From the human T2T-CHM13v2.0 reference genome, Homo sapiens: 64,000 bases of DNA. Below, in pieces: positions 14,965-26,105 of this stretch (positions within the stretch are counted from its first letter, which is position 1; each line of letters begins with the position of its first letter). The notes below the pieces were generated by a model that did no database searches, was not told where the DNA came from, and worked only from the letters and a program-made list of their open reading frames with translations. Location of the stretch: NCBI RefSeq assembly GCF_009914755.1, contig NC_060934.1; one strand, given 5' to 3'. The translations under genes and the position numbers were made by a program.

Positions 14965-15159
14965 GATCCTAATATTTTTAAAGAGAAATGGTGGTGAGAT
15001 GATTCTGGAGAAGACAATGCAGGACAAGTTCCTCTCCAACTTTTGAGACTGTGGATAAAGCCTGATAATGAAGATGGAGGCAGGGGGCTTTTGGTCAGTG
15101 CAGAGGGCCCAGGGAGAGCTGGGGACTGCACACGTTAAAGGAGGGCCCTGTGCATTAGT

Positions 15160-16445
15160 GGGAAGAGACTGGATGGTTAAAAAAATGGAGCTGTGACAAT
15201 TGGTCATTCCCAAGGAAGATGAAAAGGAAATTAGCTCTCTGCCTTAGCCTACATACAAAGTAAATCCCAGGTAAATTTCTTTTTGTGAAAAGCACATACA
15301 CGCGGCAAATATGGGTAAAAATCAAACGTATAAAATGCAAAATTTTGTAAGTTTTGGAAGAAAATATTGGAACATATCCTTAATGGTTTTGGAATAGGGA
15401 AAGACTTCTTAAATGAAAACTACAAGCTGTGAAGAAAACCATGAATACATTTCAATGCATTTGGTGGGGGAGGAAGTGGGTGTTGCACAATACAAAACAT
15501 AAAAGTGAAGCCCAAGACTAGGAGAGAATGCTTGCAATAGATTGTACCAGAATTTTAGAGGAACACTTACGAATCAGTGAGCAAAATATGAACAATCCAG
15601 TAGTAAAGTGGGTCAGCCGCCTGAGAAGATCATTTCTAGGAAAGGAAACGTAAGTCATAAATATAGCTGTGAAAAATGTTTGACTAGAAATCAGGGAGTT
15701 AGAAATAAAGACAATGAGATACCACTCCCATCCACCAGACTGTCAACACTTAAACATTTAAACACAACACTTAAACATTTAAACACTTTAAATGCCTCAG
15801 AATACTAAGTGTTGGTGAGGAATGGAGTAAAGAAACTTTCATAGATTGTTTGGTGTTGTGGAAACTATTACAACCACATGGAAGAAAAATTTGGCAAATA
15901 GGTAGCAGCGTTGAGGATGCATAGGCTATGGTCCAGTGGACCCGCTTCTATGGAGGAATCCAGAGAAGCCATTCACAGGGCCTCTACAAGTACACATTTG
16001 GAAATAATAATTAAAAAAATGGAAAAAAAACTGTTAAAGCACATTTTATAAAAGGTACATATGACATATATCAACATAGACATAGCTAAAAGTATGAAAA
16101 AATATTTTGAATAAAACATACAGTTTGCATCAGGATACATGCTCTATATTGGCATGTATCTCAAGTTTAAAAATATGCAAGTAATGTGCCACTTGTTTTA
16201 AGAATCTGTGCACATGCAGGAAAGGAGAAAAACAATGAATGTTCTCCCCAGGCTTGTGATAGCTGTCTCTGGAGAGCAAGTGGGGAGAATGGAAATGGGG
16301 GGGAGGGGTGTGTTTGTTGGGGCTTTTCTATTGTATCTGTGATCTGTGTATCTATTATATTTTGTGATCCATCAGGACCAGGAAGACAAAATATCATATT
16401 TAACAATGTTGTATGCTTAAAGTACTAAAATTTCATAATTAAAAG
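15160..16445 (+). mobile_element. Degraded L1ME-like ORF2/3' fragments
   Basis: GAAGAAAATATTGGAACATATC, AAAGACAATGAGATACCAC, AAGTGTTGGTGAGGAATGGAG and AAAATTTGGCAA are L1M-like motifs; boundaries approximate. Confidence 0.65.
15745..15786. repeat. Perfect 21-bp tandem duplication
   Basis: AACACTTAAACATTTAAACAC x2. Confidence 0.9.
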
Positions 16446-17114
16446 TGTTGATATCGAGTGAGTTAAAGCACATACAATGATTTCCAGAGTATGGCAATGA
16501 TGTGTGGCCCAACAAGTCAAATGACTCTTCTAAGTTGATGTCTCCTCCCCAGGTCATCAGAATAATCGATACTTGTCTCCAACACTGTAGAAATTGTGCA
16601 CATGGCCGGCACTTTCTTGTTCACTTAGAGAAAGAGTTGAACCTGTTGCTGCTGTTGCTGTTGAGTTACAATGGGAGGAGGCTTGAGAATGCCTTGCAGC
16701 TGAGAAGGCACTTCAAAGGCGAGCTCTGAGTCTCAGAGTCTGTAAACACACCTCCATCATCCACTAACCCTGGTTTTGGCTGATCCAAGCTCCAGCTAAG
16801 GAGAGCTGGTGAGAAAGTTTTACATTTACCATCACAAACCAATGTAATCACAAAGTCATCTCCCAGAAACAATGAGAATAAACAGGGGCAAGAGAAAATT
16901 GACTGTAATACATGTGCTTTCTTGGAGCGGCCTGCTGGGAGTGGTGATTTTTGGCTATGTGTGTGGCTCTCAGCTTGGGCAAGGTCAGCTTTAGCACCTG
17001 GAGCACGGACTCACTGGGCTTCCATGCCCAGCTCTGGCCTTCAGATCCGACCTCCTAAGGCTGAAGTCTGCTTCATCCTCTATCAGATGAGTGAGGGAAT
17101 CAGATGAGGGAGTG

Positions 17115-17275
17115 AAGCTCTGCAAGCTTCAATTTCCTTACCTATAAAAAGGCAATGGCAGTAGACTCTCTCTCTCAGGGCTTATTGTTAAATTGTAAAT
17201 GGAAGGATACATGTGAAGTACTTTACGCAGGTCCCTGGTATGTAGTAAGTACAAAATAATTGCACTGGCCATGCT
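17115..17275 (+). mobile_element. MIR
   Basis: CTTCAATTTCCTTACCTATAAAAAGG core...CCTGGTATGTAGTAAGTAC. Confidence 0.75.
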
Positions 17276-17584
17276 ACTGCTGTTGTCAAGTGTAAGTGCT
17301 GCTTCAGTGCCTGATCCTCTGGGGGACAGCTGCACCACAGGCCCACAACACAGTGTCCAGCCAAACCAGAGGAGCGCCTGACCACAGCCTCTGTAGTAAG
17401 AGCTTCAGCCTGTGCATAGGACTGCAGGGAAAGAGCAGGGGCAGGATCCAGGACAGCTGAGTTGACTCTTCCAGTGCATTTCTGGGAACAAAGAGACCTG
17501 CTGAGCACACAACAGCTTCCTGGGCCACCTTGCCCTGTCCCTTTCTGACTAGGATACCTGCCTCAGGCTTCAGCTTTCTGGGAA

Positions 17585-17706
17585 TTCACTCACTTGTTCA
17601 ACAATTGAGTTCATCTTTTATGTGCCGAGCACTATTCCATGTGTTGAGATTCAGTGATGACCAAAAAGAAATGTCTCCCGCCCTTGCAGGACTGAGTGTC
17701 TAGCAG
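17585..17706 (-). mobile_element. L2 3' end (probably resumes at ~18180-18345)
   Basis: TTCACTCACTTGTTCAACAA...TATGTGCCGAGCACTATTC...; later AACATTCCAGCAGAGGGACAGCAGGTGCA. Confidence 0.65.
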
Positions 17707-17708
17707 GA

Positions 17709-18027
17709 TGTGTTTGCTGGGGCTGCTATGACAAAGTACCAGAGACTTTGTGATTTAACCAAGAGACATTTATAGTCTCATAGTTCCAGAGGCCAGAAGT
17801 CAAAAGTCAAGGTGTTGGCAGGATTGGTTCCCCCTGTGGGGTGTGGGGGAGGGTCTGTTCTGGGCCTCTCTCCTTGGCTCGTAGATAGCTGTCTTCAGGG
17901 TCACTGGCACGGAGGTCTGTGCCTAAGTTTCCCCTTTGTATAAGGACATCAGTCCTATTGGATTAGGGCCCACTCTAATGACTTCATCTAAACTTGATTG
18001 CCTCTCTAAAGATCTGATTTCCAAATA
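17709..18027 (-). mobile_element. MaLR LTR (MLT1 family)
   Basis: GGGCTGCTATGACAAAGTACCA...CCAGAAGTCAAAAGTCAAGGTGTTGGCAGG...TATAAGGACATCAGTCCTATTGGATTAGGGCCCACTCTAATGAC. Confidence 0.85.
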
Positions 18028-18086
18028 TATATATATATATATACATACATATACATATACACACACACACATGCATACACATATAT
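18026..18086. repeat. (TA)n/(CA)n compound microsatellite
   Basis: Directly visible. Confidence 0.9.
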
Positions 18087-19178
18087 TTCAGAAATACGTT
18101 GTTTATGGTATAACATATTGTAACATATTACAATGCACTTGAAATAATATATGTATATCTATCGGTTTAGGTATCTGTAACCAAGCACAGAGAGTGCTAT
18201 GCAGCTAGTGGGGCCTACACATGCGAATGTCAGAGGGAACGTTGGCAGGTCTGGCTGTCAGGAAAGGTCCCTTTGGGTAGGGACACCTCTAGAGAGAGCT
18301 GAGAGAGGAGGAAACATTCCAGCAGAGGGACAGCAGGTGCATGGATAAACATCCTGACCCACTGGGTGATGCGAAACCCATGGTGGCCCTTGACTTAATT
18401 CCTGAGCATTTAAAGTGAGATTCTCATAATGTCTGGTTTCTTCCCATGATCCCCGGGTTGCATGACCCTGGAAGGCTGGATCAGCATGGAAGTGTGATAT
18501 CCTCAGTGCACTGACCAGTTCCTGGGCTCTGCATGGCTCCAGGGCACCATGTATGGTTGGAAGGGCCCTTATTACCTGTGTGGTGGAGTGGTACCACTCA
18601 GCACCACCCGCCTGAGGAGCAGTGTTGGTTCAGTTGCAAGTTTACTATGCTTTCTGCAGAAGGCTACATTCTCATAGCCACAGCAAGAAAAGCAGCAAGG
18701 CTGGTCTTTCAGGGGAGAATGTCTGCTTTGCACTCTTTGCTAGGAGCCCAGCAAGTTGCTGTTTGGAGCCTTCTGTTGTGCCTGTTTTGGCATAGAATGA
18801 AGCCCCCTCAACACAAGAACTCTAGAAGCAGCTGCTGTACTGTGCTCTCCAGTGTCTCTAGGACAGCACTGGGCAGCCTGATCTGCTCATGGTTCAGATA
18901 AGGCTCTGCAAAGAGTGGCTTGTAAGAAGCTCCCGAGAGCTAACTTGAGTTCTTAACAAGGACCCACTGTCATCTGCACATGATTCCATCCTCCATAAGC
19001 CTAGGATGATGCTTTCTCTACAAGAAGACCCTTTGGTCGCTGTGAATACAAGAGCAGGAAGCATGGAAACCAGCTTATGACCAGAGAATCAAAGCAATGG
19101 ATCCAGAGATAGGACTCTACTCTCAGCATCAAGTTCATGCCAAATACAAAAAGAAGCCCAGGGCTTCGGTGCTGGTAC

Positions 19179-19473
19179 TTTTTTTTTTTTGAGATGAAGT
19201 CTCACGCTATTGCCCAGGGTGGTATGCATTGGCAACATCTTGGGTCACTGCAACCTCCGCCTCCTGGATTCAAGCAATCCTCCCACCTCAGCGTCCTGAG
19301 TAGCTGGGATTACAGGTGCATACCACCACATCTGGTTAATTTTTGCATTTTTAGTAGAGATGAGGTTTCGCCATATTAGCCAGGCTGATCTCAAACTCCT
19401 GAACCTCAAGTGATCCCCCTGCCTAGGCCTCCCAAAGTGCTGAGATTACAGGCTTGAGCCACCAAACCTGGCC
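19179..19473 (-). mobile_element. Alu element (old S/J type)
   Basis: Full dimer; TSD GTGCT(G/T)GTACTTT. Confidence 0.93.
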
Positions 19474-19719
19474 AGTGCTTGTACTTTGAGCAGAGAATTA
19501 TTGTTTTGCTTGGCAAATGGTGTGGTGGGGGCAGTGGTGATGGAAAAAGAATGGATGGAAAAAGGAAGTTCCCTGTCAACCTTAACTAGGTACAGTGGTT
19601 GAAAACCTTGAGGAATGAGTTCATAGACTTGACACTTGGAAACTGCTCACTTGAGTTTTCAAGCATCAGCCAATGGTGTCAACGAGACCTGTAGATCATC
19701 TTTGTGGTGGGGGCTTCCA

Positions 19720-19945
19720 GGACTCTTGCTGTCAGAGGGTCTGAGTTGCATTCGGATTCTGTTGCTTATGACTTGCACTTATCAGTTGCACACCAGAGGA
19801 TGAGTTACTCCATCTCTACGAGCCTCGACATTGCCATTTATAAAGATGGAATGTGAAGACCCACTGTTTTTGGTTGCTGTGAAGATAGGAAGCTAAAGCA
19901 CCTGGTACTTGGCCTGGTATCCAGTAGATGTGAATTAAATCACCA
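19720..19945 (+). mobile_element. MIR
   Basis: GAGTTACTCCATCTCTACGAGCCTC...CATTTATAAAGATGGAAT...GGTTGCTGTGAAGAT...AAAGCACCTGG. Confidence 0.7.
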
Positions 19946-21473
19946 TTGGGACTGCATCAATGCAATATTTTTCTCCTTTACTTATCTAAATACTATTTTT
20001 TTCCTAATTCAAAGCCACTCTTGGACTGGCAACTGACTGTGTGCCAGGATATTATCAGGTGAGATCTTAGGAAGCTCAAATTCCTTAACTGATTGGGCAT
20101 TTGGAGAGTCCTGACGGATGTGGTTTTCCCCCCAGGCCAAGGAGGTTTCCATCCCTCAAGGACTCACACAGCTTCTCTGGACGGCATTAGGCTTTTCCAT
20201 AGCGCCATTCAGGGTCGCGCTTGTTAAGTGTCCTTTTTTCTAATAGAAGAATCGTATGCAGTGGCTACTTTGAGGCACGTCTGTCACCTTGTCTTACATC
20301 CCAAGTGGAGGAAATGGGAAATCCTTTCAAAAAGCTAGTGCTAAAATTCTCTGACAGCCCCTCTCCCCCCTCAGTTTAGCTTTAGCTCCCACGAGTATCT
20401 TCCTTTCCTTTCCTGATACCCCTGAAGGCTTTGAAATCAACAACTAAACCACGGACTGCAGTGGAAATAAAATATCTTTCTAATTTTCATATTTATTTGT
20501 AAAGATTTAAACATGTTTTCCTGCAGCCCTGCAGCAAGCTCAACTCTGTTCTCTAAAATACTATTGGAAAATGACATTTTAATTTAAAAAAAACCTGGAT
20601 TATGGATAACAAAACATACAGAGAAAGGGGTCATTAAAATGCATATTGTAAAATTGAAACTTAAGTGTCAAGTTTTTATAGCAGTCTGTCAAATGCTTGA
20701 CAATTAAAATAGCTATTTTTAAAATTTTAATGAGCCACAATAAGGGTGAAATGTGTATGGAGATTGCACATTTTCAAGACTGCACATTTTTAGCATAACA
20801 AGTCCATTCTATATCATTATGGTAATGTCCCATTTGTAAAATTCACCATCTATTTTTAATTAAATTAGTGTGTGTCATTTATTATGGGTATTATATTTAT
20901 TAATCTTTAATATTTAATTTAAGATGACTTATCTGAGAAACAGACAACTTAGCACAACAAAGCTGATGCCCTGGTGGTAATGGCTCTGCCTTCCTAACTG
21001 CAGTAAATACATTTCATCTCTTATTTTTCATGGCTAAATCTTGAATAAGCTTAAGTATGTCTTTCCTCTTGCATTTCAGGATATAGACAAATGTGCTTCT
21101 TGATCTTTCGGCTTCTTGTTCTTTGAGTCCTGCTCTTTGGGCCATGTTTGACATAACCATAATCCCTCACCCTCATCACATTCACTAATACCCTAAATTC
21201 TTCCATGACCAACATCTCAGCTGATGTTAGCAAACACAACTTTTCTATCCTTTTTAGTTTCTGATGATCAGAAAGTGACTTATGGATGGTGTCACCCAAT
21301 TCTGTAATAGCCTGTGGGACTGAATCCCTTCTGTCGTCTCCTGGAGCCCTTGCTTCTGGTCAGCGCGGCTTGGAGGAGATAACCCGTTCAGCCGGTCCTT
21401 CCGAGCAGCCTGGGGGAGACGCAGCAGGACCCTTCAAAACCAGTAGCACATCCCCTCTTCAAATAGTTTAGAA

Positions 21474-21692
21474 TGCAGGTGTCCAATCTGTTGGCCTCCC
21501 TTGGCCACGTTGGAAGAAGAATTGTCTTGGGCCATACATACAATACACTAACACTAATGATAGCTGATGAGCTAAACAAAATTGCAAAAAAATCTCATGA
21601 TGTTTTAAGAAACTTTACTATTTTGGGTTGGGTGGCATTCAAAGTTGTCCTGGGCCACATGTGGCCCATGGGCTGTGGGTTGGACAAGCTCA
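21474..21692 (+). mobile_element. MER30 (hAT-Charlie non-autonomous DNA transposon)
   Basis: GGTGTCCAATC...GGAAGAAGAATTGTCTTGGGCCA...GATAGCTGATGAGCT...GGTTGGACAAGC; perfect 8-bp TSD GTTTAGAA at 21466-21473 and 21693-21700. Confidence 0.92.
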
Positions 21693-24082
21693 GTTTAGAA
21701 CCTGTCTTGTTCCTTAGCAAAACATAAAGCATCCTGACTTGGTTTCATTTAAGTGATAATGATGAGAAAAATCCAGTGGTGGCCAGTAGGGTAATGTGAG
21801 GGAGAGAGTCTGATTAGGTCTCTTTGCCTCTCTTTAGTCTTTCATCTGGTAGAACTGAGGGGGATGTGTTTGCATGTGTGCACGCATACCTGTGTGCATG
21901 GGCATATGTGATCTGAAAGACATGCAGATGAGGGGGTGACATGGGTGATGTGGAACGTGCTCAAACCCCCTTGGGGTGTACTGCAGAGTGCCTAGGGGCA
22001 GCCCTGGAGAGGCACTCCGCTCCTCTGCTGTGGCTTCAGCAGTACTTGTGGTCAATGACAACTCTCAAGACAGTGCCTCATACCTTCACATCAGCATCAC
22101 ATGGGTCCGGAGTCCAGAGCTTCTGCAGCCTAGAAGTGACACTTCACGATACTGCAGAGTCCTCTTGGTGAGGGAACAACACAAGCTGAGTCTAAAAAAC
22201 CAAAGGTCTCATTTTCATGCAAACAGCAGAGAAATCTGAAAACCAAACGGGGAGGGCGAACCAGGAGCACACGGAGATTCGAATCGATTTCCCATGATCT
22301 GTTTTTGATGGTAGATCAAATTTGAGTCTCAGACCTTCCTGATTTCATTTGGAGAGCTAAATACACATTATAATTATTTAAAGTAAAGGTACCTTATTTT
22401 GTAAATATGATCATTAAAGTGATTTGCATTTGCTGTATTTAACTCAGCACATTAACAGATTGTTGCATATTCATTTGCTTCAAGGGAAAATAGTACATTT
22501 GCAAATTGCCATTGTTTTATGAATATATGAATAGCTCAGAATTCGAAGAAGCCGAGATTCCATGTTTATCTTCGATTTTATTTCCTCATTGACAACAAGA
22601 ATTCATGTTAATGAGTAAGGTAGAATATGGCTATGCTGTTCAAAGCTCTTTTTGGTGTAAATTGGAAAGCTGCCGCTATCCATAGCAGAACTGTGACACT
22701 CAACTTTCACAGAATCAAATCACTGATCATAACAAATAGCCACATGGCTAGTATTTCTCTTTATTTCTGGATTTCATTATGGGTTGATCCAGCCTATCCA
22801 GGGGTGATGTGCCCCATGACAGCAGCAGCAGCAGATCCAAGTGGGGCCTCAAAGGTCCGGTGGCTTTCTCTTCTGCACAAACCTGAGGCCTGGAGCAGCC
22901 TCGCATATCTGCAACCCAACTTTGACCGTGGGAATAACCAAGCCGGGCCTCCGTGGAGGAGGCTGGCATGGGTCCTCCTGTGCCTTTTCCACTGGAGGCA
23001 CGCTCTGGCCCTGGGTCATACAACATTCAGGACACAAAGTGACAAACTTGGAGCAATTGGGGCCAATCCACAAACTCAGAGCAATGCTGTGGCTGCAGCT
23101 TGAAGGAGACGAAGCCCTTTCAGGAGGGATGCACCAGACAAACTAATAAAAAAAAAAGTCAGAGGAATTTGGAAAACAAAACAAATGGGGCCATTGTGTG
23201 TGGGGACAAATGGCCGTCCCCACATCAGCAGCCCCTGAGGGTGCCCTGCAAGCCAGGGCTCAGCACCGTAATTGATGCTCTTAATTATGGCCTTGTCATT
23301 AAGGGGAAGTTAAATGATGTTCAGACTCTGCTTAATTATGTTGTTCTTTGTAGGGGCGCATATGCTACATTTTATAAACTTTTCCATACAAATGGTTATA
23401 TATGTTTTAAGTTTCCATGGTTATCCAGCACCCTCAGTTATCCAGAATTTCTGGCCCTGCCTCATTCCTCAAAGAAGACAGGAAAATGAGACAATTTTGG
23501 AGCTCAGTACAAATTCATTGGTTCATTAAGATGCATCATATATATGTTTGAATAATTCACCAAAGGGCAACAGGCCAGTTTGAGAGAAGCCGTTGCTCTG
23601 GATGGGGAAGGGCAGCAGACCAAACTCCCCAAATCTCTGCAGGTTGCAGAACAGCCCGGCCTCCTGGGCTCCTGAGGGCCTTACTAGAATGCACATCCTC
23701 CTGGGGAATCAAGTTTCCCAAAAGCAGAACGCAGACGCGAGAAGAGATGGCTTCAGGGACAGCGAGCAGGGGAGCCCGGTCCTCTTCTCACTGGAGGGTG
23801 TGGAATCTGCAGGCCCCCTGGAGCCCTGGCTTTCTCATCTGCAAATGCGGGCAGTGCTTCTGCGCTCTCAGTGTGCCAGGTCCGTGTGAGGATTCAAAAC
23901 CATGCACTGCCATGGCTGCCAGGCCTTTGCTGGGCTCACGGCAAGGCAAGGGGCTTTCTTCACCCTTCCTGGTGTGGCTGGAGTCCTTGGCTGCAGGGAT
24001 GTGGTGGGGCACTTGGCAGGTGGGCAGACCTGGGTCAACTCCCCCCATGGAGGTGGGCAATGGGGTGACCGAGGGCACCAGT

Positions 24083-24143
24083 GTGGGCTTTGGAGTCAGA
24101 TGACTGTGGCTGACTCCACTTCTTAGCTGTGATCTTGGGCAAA
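24083..24143 (+). mobile_element. MIR 5' fragment, interrupted by an LTR
   Basis: GGGCTTTGGAGTCAGA...TAGCTGTGATCTTGGGCAA; AGTCACT follows the LTR at 24655. Confidence 0.65.
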
Positions 24144-24654
24144 TGTCACAGAGACTGTTAAATGCCACCCTAGACCCATTGCCTCTTCTTCCTTAGTAAT
24201 GGAACCCAGATTTGATTTGAGGTGGCAATGTGCCCAGGTAAAAGGCAATTTTTCCAGATTCTTTTGCAGCTAGGTGAAGGCTTGTTCAACTAATGAAATC
24301 CATGCAGAAGTGTTGTGGGAGATTCATGGGAAGGCTGTTAAACAGTCGACCTGGGAGATGTGCTTGTGTTTTCCCTTTCTCCTTTCTTCTTCCTGTTGGT
24401 TGGAATGCAGACATAAAGGCTGGTACTCAGGCAGCCATACTGGGCCATGAGATGAGTTTGAAGATGGAATCCAGGTGCTAAGGATGACAGCAGATGATAA
24501 AAAGGGATTTGGGCTCCTGATGGCTTTGTGACATGGTCGAAGCAGAGGACTGACCCCTCTGAACCTGAGTGAGAGACTAAAAGTGGGTGTGTTACACTCA
24601 CCAATACTATGGATTCCCTTTTCACTGTGGCTGAACTCAGTCTGAACTAATACA
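24144..24654 (+). mobile_element. ERVL solo LTR (LTR33-like)
   Basis: TG...CA termini; CTTCTTCCTTAGTAATGGAACCC, GGCAATGTGCCCAG, TTGCAGCTAGGTG, TGGAATGCAGAC, GCAGCCAT and CTAATACA. Confidence 0.8.
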
Positions 24655-25139
24655 AGTCACTGGGTTTGTGGCCTCTCCTACCTTCTCTTTGTTTCTGAAA
24701 GTAGGCAGGGAGGGGAGGCTCAGGCAGAGGGTGGGCTGTGGTGGTCTCAGCAGGTACGCCCAGCAGTAGTAGAGATGAGAGCAGGAGTTGGGCAAGAGAG
24801 TGTGGTGACACAAATACAGAGATTGGATGACAGCACAGGTGGGGGTGGGAGATGGTGGGAAGGAGCTGTCAGGGATGAGAGATGCTGGGATGATCACCGA
24901 CAGGGGCAGGGGATGCTGGGAAGGAGGGACAGAGATCCCAGCAGCTTCTGAACTTTCTCTCTGGGTGGGTTAGGGACTCCCTGAGCACACATGTCCAGGA
25001 CTTGGGGGGACTCAACACTTGTGTTCAGGACTTGGGAGCAGCCACCATGTATCTCCAGACCCCCAGGAGAGTACAGACAACAGAACAGCAGCCTGGCATT
25101 TGCATCCATGTGAAATATGGGATAATTTTTTCCCCTTCC

Positions 25140-25311
25140 CATTTATACAAAGCAGTCACACATACGTGAGCTCAGTTAAACCTCACGACCCACTGTGTTA
25201 AAGTGGAACTGAGAGGGCTCAAGTGTTTAGTTCAAGGTCACAGAGCTCATAAGTAAAGCGCAAGCCCCCTGCTCTCAGCCCAGTGCCCTCTCCTCTATCC
25301 CCAGCTGCCTC
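25140..25311 (-). mobile_element. MIR/MIR3
   Basis: AACCTCACGACC...GGAACTGAG...CAAGGTCACAGAGCT...CCAGTGCCCTCTCC...CAGCTGCCTC. Confidence 0.65.
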
Positions 25312-25871
25312 ATTAATTCACCAGGGCTCAGCTCTGCAGGAACTTTCCCTGGAGACAGCCAGCAAGCGCTCAGGAGAAATGATTTCTTGATGAATAAAAA
25401 AGGGGTGGGCACAACTCACCTGACTTCAGACACAAGAAAAGCACAGGTTTTCAGGCTCCCATGATCCTCCATCCAGTGACACACACAATCCCTCTCTGCT
25501 TGGGGAGGACGAGTATGGGCAGGTGGCCTAGTCCTCTTCCTCTTGATATCCTGGAGCCATCTTCAAATATATCAGCGGGCATCCTGGGCAACGTGCAGGG
25601 GTAGGGAGGGCTGGGACTCGGGCACTGACCTCACACTAGCCCAGGGAACCCGGTGGCAGATGGGGTCTGTTCCTCTGGCCAGAGGAATCACTTGATAAGA
25701 GCCCCTCATTTGGAACAGGGGATTTCCTTGTTAGTGACCCAGAGTTCAGTAAGGTGATGTAGCTGTGAGCAGGTGGTGTTCAAGAGTACAGATTTGAAAT
25801 CCAACATGTGATCAGGACCCCTCTAGGAGAGGACAGTGGTGAAAGAAGCCTTAGGTAACGGATGTGAGACT

Positions 25872-26105
25872 ATTTACTCATTAACCCATCTACAGAGCTT
25901 CGAGATACACGGAGACACAGGAGAGAGAGGCAGACACAACCTGATGGGGACCATCCAGCAGGGGGTCTCAGGCTGTGAAGCGACAGCCCAGCCGGGCATG
26001 TGCCTCCAGAAGGGAAGAGTGAGGGCTCTGTGCCTGATAAGAGGGACACCCAGCCCTGCCTTGGGAAGACTTTCTGAAGGAAGTAACATTTAAACCGAGG
26101 TCACA
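25872..26105 (-). mobile_element. L2 fragment
   Basis: GGGAAGACTTTCTGAAGGAAGTAACATTTAAACCGAG matches a common antisense L2 motif. Confidence 0.55.
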
